From positions 1 to 64,000 of the IMG/VR virus record IMGVR_UViG_2791355382_000001: a DNA stretch of 64,000 bases; one strand, written 5' to 3'. The notes under the pieces are model-generated. The model worked only from the letters and a program-made list of their open reading frames with translations. It did not search any database and had not been told where the DNA came from. Shown here piece after piece: positions 55,836-64,000 of the stretch. This stretch comes from a virus. Lineage: Duplodnaviria; Heunggongvirae; Uroviricota; Caudoviricetes. Made by a program: the position numbers and the translations under genes. Numbering within the stretch: position 1 is the first letter of the stretch; each line of letters begins with the position of its first letter.

Positions 55836-55840
55836 GTACA

Positions 55841-56707
55841 ATGGCTCAATTTCAACCTGACTCTGGTAATAAGATGTCGCTTAGAAGTGAAGCTTTAGAT
55901 CAAATCAAGCGCATTGATTCTATTTCACGGTCGATGGGGAGTTTGGGCGACTTCTTAGTATCTACGTTGTTATCAATCTTAGCGTCTTTGGTTATATTTG
56001 CGATTTTTCCTTTGCTTGCATTAGGGCTTTCAACAACTGGTGCAGGCTTGCTTAAAAACAGTGTTCCGTTTGTTGGTGTAATTATAGGTTCGTTTTTAAT
56101 TGCTTTAAACGCATTGTTTGTTAATCCATCGCAAGGAAGCCAGTTGATAATTTCTATTAATTATCTGCTTAGCCAATTCGGTGATACCAACAAGCGTTAC
56201 TGGCGAAAAGACCGTTACTTCAAGTTCTCTAGTAGAACCCCTGATCGTACGGTGCTTGAAAGCAAGTATAAAGGTAGAACTCACTATACCTTAGTGTATA
56301 AAGTTCAAGGTATGGTATCTCAAACTTCTTTTGATGATGACTTACTTTATTTAAAAATAATTAACAAAAACGCTATTAACAGTTTAGAAAAAGATACGAT
56401 TAGAACAACGGTCAACTTTATTGGAATACCTAGAACAAAGCCTAAGACCCTAAACCCTAACGCTACTCGTGAGATGCAGTTAAGGCAAAGAACACTTTCA
56501 AGAATTGTTACTGGTTTACAAGATACTCAAGTCTTAGAAACTTACATCGTGCTTGATAACGAATCATATGACAGCTTGATGAAGAAAGCTAGAGCGCATG
56601 AAGTCTTCTTTAATCAAGGCATGGTTGTTACATATCATATGCTAAAAGGCGATGAGTTGAAGAAATTGATTAATAAGCTTTATGCAAACGACAATTTTAA
56701 CAAGTGA
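55841..56707 (+). CDS. membrane protein (288 aa), T4SS-associated
   Basis: Three to four TM helices in the N-terminal third. Confidence 0.4.
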   Translation: MAQFQPDSGNKMSLRSEALDQIKRIDSISRSMGSLGDFLVSTLLSILASLVIFAIFPLLALGLSTTGAGLLKNSVPFVGVIIGSFLIALNALFVNPSQGSQLIISINYLLSQFGDTNKRYWRKDRYFKFSSRTPDRTVLESKYKGRTHYTLVYKVQGMVSQTSFDDDLLYLKIINKNAINSLEKDTIRTTVNFIGIPRTKPKTLNPNATREMQLRQRTLSRIVTGLQDTQVLETYIVLDNESYDSLMKKARAHEVFFNQGMVVTYHMLKGDELKKLINKLYANDNFNK

Positions 56708-58679
56708 GAAGGACGGTGGTATTTTGTTTTGGAATAAAAAATCAAAGGCTAAAAAAGCTAAGAAGCCTGAAGTTCAATACAAGATGACTAAGGCTGAAAA
56801 GAAAAGGGCTAAGCAACGTAGAAAAATAGCTGAAGCTCGCAAAAAGAAATTTATCGGTCAACCTGGGTTTACATCAGATGAAGGCTACGTTGAATTTGAC
56901 GGTTATATCCACGAATACAACGGACGCTATGTTTCGGTGTTTGACGTATTAGTTCAATATGGTACTCACAACCCTGAAGTTATTGGTTGGTTAACAAAGT
57001 TAATTCCAACTCAACAACTTAAAGATGGGGACATTTATTTTGCCTATCGTGAAAAGGGTATGAGTAAAGGTACAGAAAATGAAATCTTTTCTAAAAAACT
57101 ACATTCAAGAAAAGTAACCATGTTAAATTCTGAAGAGTCAACAGACGAACGTGAAAACTCAAAGAAAAGACTTGAATTAGAAGATATTCAATTAACTAAT
57201 GAATTAGCTAAAAATGAACACATCGTTGATAGTGACATTTCACTTGTAGTTTGGGCTGATACTCCAGAACAGTTGAAAAAAACTGTTGATGAACTTAGAC
57301 AAAACTATAAAGACAGCGGTATTCCTGGCTTTATGATTGTACGTAAAATCTTTAAGCAAAAAGAAGAGCTTTTCAGTTTGTTTAATAAGATTTCGGCTAA
57401 CAAATGGCATAACGCTGATATGGAGTCGGTTGCGGCTAGTCGCTTGTTTTTACCAAGTTCAGGCTTTGTCGATCCACAAGGGGTTTACGTAGGCGAAGAC
57501 CTAGAGTCGCTTTTGTATAACAACTCCTCAATCATTGATTTTAATGGTATCAGACATGCAGTTGTTATTACTGGTGGTACAAGCGTTAGATATTCTTTGA
57601 ACGGACTTGAATATCCAATTGAAACAAACCGTTCAGGTAGTGCATGGGCGCATGTAATAGCCGAAGATAACTATTTAGTTAACGGTAAAAGAACGCATCA
57701 TATCAACCTAGTTCCGTTTGATTATCATGCACCTAATTCTAAGGTTTTAGACATGCAAAAATACACGCTTAATACTTTGGAAGTATACGGTACTAAAGAA
57801 AACGTTGAAGTCGACGCTAATGACAACTTTGAAAAAGTTACTGAAATTATCATGATGTTACTTGGTGAAAATGCTGTTTCTTCAGACCAATACGCTAACA
57901 TCAGGGGTATGTTAAAGGAACAGTTGATTGACTGGGTAATTAAACGTGCTGGTGGTAATGGTATTTATACCTTAGATCCACAAAATGAACCAACTAGAGC
58001 TTGGCGAATTTTAGCTACAGAACAACATCAAAACTATCCAACCATAGGGGACTTTGTTTTGGAATTAGACTCAGTTGTAGCTAGAGAAAGGAAAGTTGGT
58101 GAAAACGCTGGTGATAGAGCGCAACTCTTGTTACGAGCAGTAAAAACAGCCGTTAACCAATACCCTCAAGTATTCAATGCCAAGACCAACATACCTGATA
58201 AGTTCACATACTATGATCGCAACATTTATTACGATTTATCTAAACTATCTAATAACCGTGTTGTTAAAGGTGCAATGTTCTTGAACACTTTATCTTATGT
58301 TGCTAATAGAGCTATGCCAGGCGATATGATTGTCATTCATGGTTTAGATAGCGTCACAGTTTCTCCAAGGATTTTAAAACCTTATCGTGAAAAGATGGAC
58401 GAAAAAGGTATTGGTTTAATCACAACTTTGGAAGAACGAGATAACAAGGAAATGAATATCAAAACTCTAAACAGTTTTATTTACCCTCTCTCAACGCAAG
58501 ACTTAGTTGTTTTGGGTGGTTTAACTCCTGATAGTTTGAAAGATATTAACTATTCTTGGAACAAAGAATTATCTAAACGTGTTCGTGATGAATTATTAGC
58601 TAATGCAAACAGTCGCTTTTACGTGTATAGAGCTAGGGATTTATTAGGAACAGTTATTGATACTCATTTGATTTTGTAG
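56682..58679 (+). CDS. large conjugation-associated protein (665 aa), function unassigned
   Basis: Its size and position suggest a VirB4-like component, but no Walker A is found. Confidence 0.4.
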   Translation: MQTTILTSEKDGGILFWNKKSKAKKAKKPEVQYKMTKAEKKRAKQRRKIAEARKKKFIGQPGFTSDEGYVEFDGYIHEYNGRYVSVFDVLVQYGTHNPEVIGWLTKLIPTQQLKDGDIYFAYREKGMSKGTENEIFSKKLHSRKVTMLNSEESTDERENSKKRLELEDIQLTNELAKNEHIVDSDISLVVWADTPEQLKKTVDELRQNYKDSGIPGFMIVRKIFKQKEELFSLFNKISANKWHNADMESVAASRLFLPSSGFVDPQGVYVGEDLESLLYNNSSIIDFNGIRHAVVITGGTSVRYSLNGLEYPIETNRSGSAWAHVIAEDNYLVNGKRTHHINLVPFDYHAPNSKVLDMQKYTLNTLEVYGTKENVEVDANDNFEKVTEIIMMLLGENAVSSDQYANIRGMLKEQLIDWVIKRAGGNGIYTLDPQNEPTRAWRILATEQHQNYPTIGDFVLELDSVVARERKVGENAGDRAQLLLRAVKTAVNQYPQVFNAKTNIPDKFTYYDRNIYYDLSKLSNNRVVKGAMFLNTLSYVANRAMPGDMIVIHGLDSVTVSPRILKPYREKMDEKGIGLITTLEERDNKEMNIKTLNSFIYPLSTQDLVVLGGLTPDSLKDINYSWNKELSKRVRDELLANANSRFYVYRARDLLGTVIDTHLIL

Positions 58680-58727
58680 GGGATAGTTGATACTATTCCT
58701 TATTTTTTTACAAGAAGGTGATAAAAA

Positions 58728-60269
58728 GTGGACTTTACAAAGAAAATAAATATTTTAGCATCGCTATTAACACTTTCCTTACTAATTATTCAACTAATAT
58801 ATCCAGCAGTAGCTAGTGCCAACTCTATTTTTGACTCAGGCTTTCAAAACAACGGTTGTTATACAATAACTAGTGACTCAGGTGATGATGATGGCTCAGG
58901 CGGTAGCGAAGGTAGTGGTGGTGCTGACGCAAGCGGTGGTAAAAACGTTCATACAGATGTTTCTGTTGACTTTGACGAAAACACACCAGCTCCAATTGGA
59001 ACAAAGAATGGTAAAAAATTAGCACGAGCTGTTGCCAAAGCTGGCGAAAAGCTTTACAACATTAAGATTGACCCAGGTTTGATTTATGCTCAATGGGTAC
59101 AAGAATCAGGAGCTAATTTAAGTGCTAATCCACCTTTAAACAATGACGCTCATAACTTAGGTGGTTTGTCAGGACAACCTCCTGAATGGTTAGCTAAAAA
59201 AGGTGTAGTTTTAGGTTCAGGTCACGCTGAAGGTGACGGTAGTTATATGAACTTTCCTAGTTATAAAGTGTTCGGCGAAGCATATATTAGTGGGCTTTTC
59301 CCAGCCGTTCCAGAAGCATTAAAATCAGCTAGTGACAGCAACTCCGAAAAAGCTAGTGCTAAAGAAATGGAAGATTATTTAACCGTAATGCACAATCATG
59401 GTTACTTTACAGCTAACGTTGCTGATTACTTACCAGGATTTCAAGCTGGGTATGCACAATACTATAACGCTGATGACATCGCTGGTGATGTAGGTACAGC
59501 AACCACTGACTCTAAAGATGACGATACTGATTGTTCAAAAGATAGTAGTGCTTCTCCTGGTGGTTCATGGGGTTGGCCTTTCCCTGACGTTGGCGAAGGT
59601 TCATTTATGGACGCTCAATTGTTTGGTACTCACCCAGGCAATCAGAGACCTAATAGTTATCACGATGGCTTAGACTTTGGTTCAGTCGATCACCCAGGTA
59701 AAGAAGTTCACGCAATCCATGGTGGCAAGGTTGTCAAAGTAGATTATGCTGGTGGATTAGAGTGGTATGTTGTAACTAAAGGTGATGACAATTTATCTAT
59801 TGTTTATCAGGAATTTGCAAGTTCAAAGAGTAATATTAAGGTTAAAGTAGATGATGTTGTAAAAACAGGCGATGTAATTGGTATTCGTGATACAGAACAC
59901 GTTCATATTGGTATAACAAAGCTACCATTTGATCAAGCTGTTTCTCATTCGTGGGATTCAAGTGGTGGTTGGATTGATCCACTAGAAACAATCAAGAACG
60001 GCCTTAAAAAAAGTGGTTCAGACGATGCAACTGGTGGCTTAAGTTCAGACGAAGACAGTGCTAGAAAGTGGATTATCGCACACGAATCTGGTGGTCGTTA
60101 TAATGCTAGAAATGGTAAATATTACGGTGCTTATCAATTAGATTTATCCTACTTAAACGGTGACCTATCTAAAGAAAACCAAGATCGTGTAGCTCAAAGT
60201 TACATGAAGAATAGATATGGTACTTGGGTTAAAGCTAAGCAATTCTGGCAAGCACATAATTGGTGGTAA
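58728..60269 (+). CDS. secreted multidomain peptidoglycan hydrolase: lysozyme-like N-domain, M23 peptidase, C-terminal Apf/transglycosylase-like domain
   Basis: Signal peptide. AQWVQESG region. M23 motifs YHDGLDFG (HxxxD) and EHVHIGI (HxH). C-terminus ESGGRYNARNGKYYGAYQLDLSYLNGDLSKENQDRVAQSYMKNRYGTWVKAKQFWQAHNWW. Confidence 0.75.
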   Translation: MDFTKKINILASLLTLSLLIIQLIYPAVASANSIFDSGFQNNGCYTITSDSGDDDGSGGSEGSGGADASGGKNVHTDVSVDFDENTPAPIGTKNGKKLARAVAKAGEKLYNIKIDPGLIYAQWVQESGANLSANPPLNNDAHNLGGLSGQPPEWLAKKGVVLGSGHAEGDGSYMNFPSYKVFGEAYISGLFPAVPEALKSASDSNSEKASAKEMEDYLTVMHNHGYFTANVADYLPGFQAGYAQYYNADDIAGDVGTATTDSKDDDTDCSKDSSASPGGSWGWPFPDVGEGSFMDAQLFGTHPGNQRPNSYHDGLDFGSVDHPGKEVHAIHGGKVVKVDYAGGLEWYVVTKGDDNLSIVYQEFASSKSNIKVKVDDVVKTGDVIGIRDTEHVHIGITKLPFDQAVSHSWDSSGGWIDPLETIKNGLKKSGSDDATGGLSSDEDSARKWIIAHESGGRYNARNGKYYGAYQLDLSYLNGDLSKENQDRVAQSYMKNRYGTWVKAKQFWQAHNWW

Positions 60270-60910
60270 TTATAGGAGGAAGAAAAAACATGAAGAAAGT
60301 TTTAATGGTAATTCTAGGAGTAATCAACGTGTTCTTGTTGGTTCTTACGTTAGTTATATATCCACGTCAAATTAAAGCAACAAAGCAAGCTATTAGTGAA
60401 AACAACGCTAAGATAGAAAACTATCAAGCCAATACTAATAACTTAACGGTTAAAGGTTATCAAAAAGTTATCCGAAACAAAGTTAAAAACATTGATATAG
60501 ACAATATCGAAAACACTTTAAGAAACAATTACTCACAAGCTATCACTGAGGCTTACAACGCTAAGACTGAAGATGAATATAAGGCTAAAGAAAACGATAT
60601 TGCTACAAAGCTTGGTTCAAACCACTTAGCAAGCAAGGTTATGTTTCAAACTGTAATTCAAAAGATAAACGGTAAAGACTATCCTAAAAGCAATGGTTTA
60701 AATTCTGTAAGTGTATCGTTTGGCAAGTTTGATGTTGATAAGCATACACTACCAGTTAACATCTTAGTTGATTACAAGCCAGTAGTTGAAGATGAATCCG
60801 CAACACAACAAGTTTCTAGCAAGAAAGTTATGTACAGCTTTAATTACAACACTAAGACACAACTTGATGGAACTGTTACCTTTACCGAACTTGTATCAGT
60901 GGATAAGTAG
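60260..60910 (+). CDS. membrane-anchored hypothetical protein (216 aa)
   Basis: N-terminal TM anchor; start overlaps the hydrolase gene's stop. Confidence 0.4.
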   Translation: MVVIIGGRKNMKKVLMVILGVINVFLLVLTLVIYPRQIKATKQAISENNAKIENYQANTNNLTVKGYQKVIRNKVKNIDIDNIENTLRNNYSQAITEAYNAKTEDEYKAKENDIATKLGSNHLASKVMFQTVIQKINGKDYPKSNGLNSVSVSFGKFDVDKHTLPVNILVDYKPVVEDESATQQVSSKKVMYSFNYNTKTQLDGTVTFTELVSVDK

Positions 60911-60922
60911 GAGGGCTTTATT

Positions 60923-61537
60923 ATGAGTGACAAGAAACAAAATGTTATATTGATGGTACTAGGGGGAATTACAGTGTTATTGCTAATATTCTTTTTAGTA
61001 TTACGAGTTCAAAGCGTTAAAGCTCAGCATGAATTATCTAAAAGCGAAGATAAAATAGAAAAAGCACAAGACGCTTATAACAAGAAAAAAGGCGATGTTA
61101 GCAAGAAGGTTTACTATTATGTAAGTGAAAACGGTGATGCTAAAACTAAGCCTATCGGCAGACAATACGTTGGCACACAGACATTAAACGCACGAGCAAA
61201 CACTTTATTCAAGATTATTTATACCTACAGTAATTCTAACGATTACACTAACCGTAAAAGCAAGGCTAGTAATTTAGTAACAACAGACGTTTTGAATAAG
61301 CAAGATATATTTGGAAATAAAAAGAACGCTTCTGTTGTAGATAGTTTAGGCATAGAATCGTCCTTTGATAGTGCTAACGCTTATTTAAGCGAATATAAAG
61401 ACAATGAACTAAAGGGTATGGTTATCGTTAAATACAGCATTGTTAATATGGCTGGCACTAAAGAAGGAACAAAGACGTTTAACGTAACTTACGACATGAA
61501 CCAAAACAAGTTCACAGCAATTGATGTAATTAATTAG
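60923..61537 (+). CDS. membrane-anchored hypothetical protein (204 aa)
   Basis: N-terminal TM anchor. Confidence 0.4.
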   Translation: MSDKKQNVILMVLGGITVLLLIFFLVLRVQSVKAQHELSKSEDKIEKAQDAYNKKKGDVSKKVYYYVSENGDAKTKPIGRQYVGTQTLNARANTLFKIIYTYSNSNDYTNRKSKASNLVTTDVLNKQDIFGNKKNASVVDSLGIESSFDSANAYLSEYKDNELKGMVIVKYSIVNMAGTKEGTKTFNVTYDMNQNKFTAIDVIN

Positions 61538-61637
61538 TTATAAGCTTTGACCAATAGTCAACATTAAACTATAATAAAAGTAGATCAAACCCTCCCAGAC
61601 CACACATCGTGGCAGGTACGTCCTGAATTGGGAGCAT

Positions 61638-61682
61638 TTTATACGAACCTAGGCACAAGGATCCTTGCCTAGGTTTATTTTT
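61638..61682 (+). terminator. strong rho-independent terminator
   Basis: ACCTAGGCACAAGG-ATC-CTTGCCTAGGT, then TTTATTTTTTT. Confidence 0.7.
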
Positions 61683-61863
61683 TTGTATTTTATACGTATT
61701 TCCAATACTTTTGTGTTAGAATGTTAATAGATATAAGTATATAAAAAGTATCAGAAAGAGAGGTGGTAAATAACAGTTAATAAAAATATAGAATTATGTA
61801 GAATTAAATAAAATGAAATGCTGTAATAAAATCATAGAAAGAACAAATGTAGGTGATTTATAT

Positions 61864-62320
61864 TATGGCAATGTTAAAACCGAAAGAAATGGCTGAAAGA
61901 TTAGGTGTTACAGTTAGAACTTTACAAATTTGGGATAAAAAGGGAACTTTAAAAGTCTATCGTACTCCCACTAATCGAAGATATTATACAGAAGAATAAT
62001 ATTTAGAATATATCGGTCAACCAACAAGTAATAATCGCAATAATGTTGCTTATGCTAGAGTATCAACATATGGACAAAAAGATGATTTTAAAAATTAAAT
62101 TGATACAATCTTTATTACATATAAAGATAGATTTATCCATTTTGGTTATGATTGGTTTGAAAGATTATGTAAAATACACAATATAGAAATTATAGTTCTG
62201 AATAATATTGAAACTAGTCCTACTCAAGAAATGGTTGACGATATGCTAAGCATTGTACATGTATTTTCTTGTCGCTTATATGGTTTGCGTAAATATAAAA
62301 GTAAATTAAAAAATGACAAG
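61864..62320 (+). pseudogene. tnpA: IS607-family tnpA (MerR-HTH serine recombinase) remnant, disrupted
   Basis: MAMLKPKEMAERLGVTVRTLQIWDKKGTLKVYRTPTNRRYYTEE, then a stop; ...VAYARVSTYGQKDDFKN, then a second stop. It is shorter than a complete IS607 TnpA. Confidence 0.55.
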
Positions 62321-62330
62321 TCTTTGAGAG

Positions 62331-63497
62331 GTGGTGAAATTAATGATTCGAGTTCAGAAGGTAAGACTTTATCCAAACCAAACGATGAAAAAGGTTCTTG
62401 ATGATCTATGTGATTATCGTAGATATTGTTGGAATCAAGGTTTAGCTTTATGGAATGATATGTATGATAGTTCTTTAATTTTAGATGATAAAAAGTTAAA
62501 GCCAACAGCATATAAAATTCGGAAAGAAATGACAGTTAACAAAGAAGACTGGCAGTATCAGTTATCTTCCAGATGCTTATATAAAGCTGTTGAAGACTTA
62601 GGAAAAGCATGGGATAACTTCTTTAATAAAGCTATGCCAGACTGGGGTAAGCCAAAATTCAAATCTAAAAAAGCTCCTAGACAAGGGTTTAAAACTGATA
62701 GAGCTAAGATTATCAATGGTAAGCTAAGGCTTGACAAACCACACGGAATCAAAACTTGGTATGATATTAGTTTTAAAGGCGCTAAGAGTTTAGATGGTGA
62801 TTTAAAAGTTGTTTCAGTTTACCGTGAAAATGGTAAATACTGGGCTAGTCTACCGTTTGAAGTTGAAATAGCTAAGAAAATTAAAACTGGTAACAAAACA
62901 GCAATAGATGTTAATGTCGGTCATTTTAACTATACCGAAGGTAAAGTTAATACACTACCTAATCATTTAAGAAAACTCTATAAACGTATCAAACATTACC
63001 AACGTCAGTTAGCTAGAAAACGTGTCGTTAATGGAAGAAAAGCTACTCAATCGCATAATTATGTTAAAACGAGAGCCAAGTTACAACGTGATTATCGTAA
63101 AGTAGCTAATATCCAACATGATATTGTGCATAAATTTACGACTAAATTAGTAAGTGATTACGATAAGATAGCCATTGAGAATTTAGCTGTAAAGAAAATA
63201 CAGATGACGCACGTTGCATCTAAAGGCTTACAAAGATCATTATTTGGCTATTTTAGACAAGTATTGGTTTATAAAGCTGATTGGTATGGCAAGGAAATCG
63301 TCTTGGCAAATCAATTTTATCCAAGTACACAAAGATGTTCTGAATGTGGTCATATTAAGGCTGGCGAAGATAAAATTGGTCTTGATGGGAACCAAAAACA
63401 TAAGACTAAACATAATGAATATATTTGTTATGAATGTGGTGCGATTATGGATAGAGATGAAAATGCAGTAAAAAATCTTTTGGCTTTAATAGTTTAA
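62331..63497 (+). CDS. tnpB: TnpB (IS607/IS605 OrfB family) with intact zinc finger and RuvC-III
   Basis: N-terminal RVQKVRLYPNQ. RuvC-II IAIENLAVKKI. CSECGH...CYECG. RuvC-III DRDENAVKNL. Confidence 0.8.
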   Translation: MVKLMIRVQKVRLYPNQTMKKVLDDLCDYRRYCWNQGLALWNDMYDSSLILDDKKLKPTAYKIRKEMTVNKEDWQYQLSSRCLYKAVEDLGKAWDNFFNKAMPDWGKPKFKSKKAPRQGFKTDRAKIINGKLRLDKPHGIKTWYDISFKGAKSLDGDLKVVSVYRENGKYWASLPFEVEIAKKIKTGNKTAIDVNVGHFNYTEGKVNTLPNHLRKLYKRIKHYQRQLARKRVVNGRKATQSHNYVKTRAKLQRDYRKVANIQHDIVHKFTTKLVSDYDKIAIENLAVKKIQMTHVASKGLQRSLFGYFRQVLVYKADWYGKEIVLANQFYPSTQRCSECGHIKAGEDKIGLDGNQKHKTKHNEYICYECGAIMDRDENAVKNLLALIV

Positions 63498-63697
63498 AAA
63501 CATTTAAAAGGGGGGTGAGCTACACCCTTAAGCTATCAGAGTTAGTCAATGTCATTACCCTCTAGTTAGGATATGGGAATACTAGCGTTGACGGTAGTAA
63601 ATAAAATTCAGGAAAGGAAAAATATATTCTTTCTAATAATGTAGAAGGAACTACATATCTTTCTATATTATTCTACATTTTATATAGCTGTTAGCTG

Positions 63698-64000
63698 ATG
63701 CCAAGATATGATTTTAAGTATAAAGTTTCTTATAAGAATGCCGATGAGGTAGAAGTTAAAGAAATTGTTGAACCAGGTTCAGATCGAATGATTGAACTTT
63801 TTGGTGCAATTGATACTATGAAAATGACCGTAAAGAAAGTTAGTCCTAACTATAAGAATGGTATTTTAGGTAAAGCTAAGCTTTTCCCTATTAAACGTGG
63901 AAATAACAATTATAAAAAAATTCAAATCAACTATGAAGTCAACGATGATAACGTGAGGATTTTAGACTTTAAACCCTTTAAGTTACTAAACTATACAGTA
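63698..64000 (+). CDS. hypothetical protein, 3' end outside the window
   Basis: ORF MPRYDFKYKVSYKNADEVEVKEIV... runs to the window edge. Confidence 0.3.
   Translation, partial: MPRYDFKYKVSYKNADEVEVKEIVEPGSDRMIELFGAIDTMKMTVKKVSPNYKNGILGKAKLFPIKRGNNNYKKIQINYEVNDDNVRILDFKPFKLLNYTV

Noticed and set aside
56682-58679. Calling the 665-aa conjugation-cluster protein a VirB4/TraE ATPase
   Set aside because: No Walker A (GxxGxGK[ST]) or Walker B motif could be found by eye, so only a generic label was given.
62224-62752. Minus-strand ORFs 62224..62511 and 62558..62752
   Set aside because: They overlap the IS607-like tnpA remnant and the tnpB 5' region on the opposite strand. No support.

Overview
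This window is low-GC Firmicutes DNA (Lactobacillales-like: LysM/Apf-type hydrolase domains, LPxTG/sortase). It reads as part of a large conjugative plasmid or ICE-like mosaic. Left edge: a tyrosine integrase next to two EPS genes (Wzx flippase, UDP-galactopyranose mutase), flanked by inverted copies of the 3' end of a TPPTPP-tailed surface-protein gene. 5-20.8 kb: a Gram-positive conjugation/maintenance backbone (FtsK/SpoIIIE-like coupling protein, LysM cell-wall hydrolase, flotillin, small DNA methyltransferase, replication initiator plus DnaB-like helicase, ParA plus small partner). 21-34 kb is the most unusual part. Six short CRISPR-type repeat-spacer arrays (36-nt repeats, about 30-nt unique spacers) each abut a conserved 125-150-nt element on their high-coordinate side. 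Six of the seven elements are joined to a tRNA-like minihelix that lacks the anticodon arm. One unit lies directly at, and overlaps, the 3' end of an enlarged 495-aa TnpB/Cas12-like RuvC nuclease. The same island carries an intact IscB, a Panacea-domain putative TA pair, a RepA_N initiator, a NucA/EndA-like DNase and tandem arrays of tRNA-like mini-units. No cas1, cas2 or cas4 is visible. I interpret this as a candidate minimal, possibly undescribed, TnpB-derived type V-like RNA-guided system, or orphan arrays with an unusual tRNA-like-linked leader. 34-61.5 kb: ParM/ParR-like partition genes with iteron-like repeats, an SF2 helicase, a second TnpB IS, a sortase plus LPQTG substrate, a triple-AAA+ Clp-like ATPase, a giant VirB6-like membrane protein with C-terminal 42-aa tandem repeats, a multi-domain peptidoglycan hydrolase and other T4SS-associated membrane proteins. 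Right edge: an IS607-like element with a decayed tnpA and intact tnpB. The ORF track calls alternative starts (TTG/GTG), so several N-termini were adjusted by eye.
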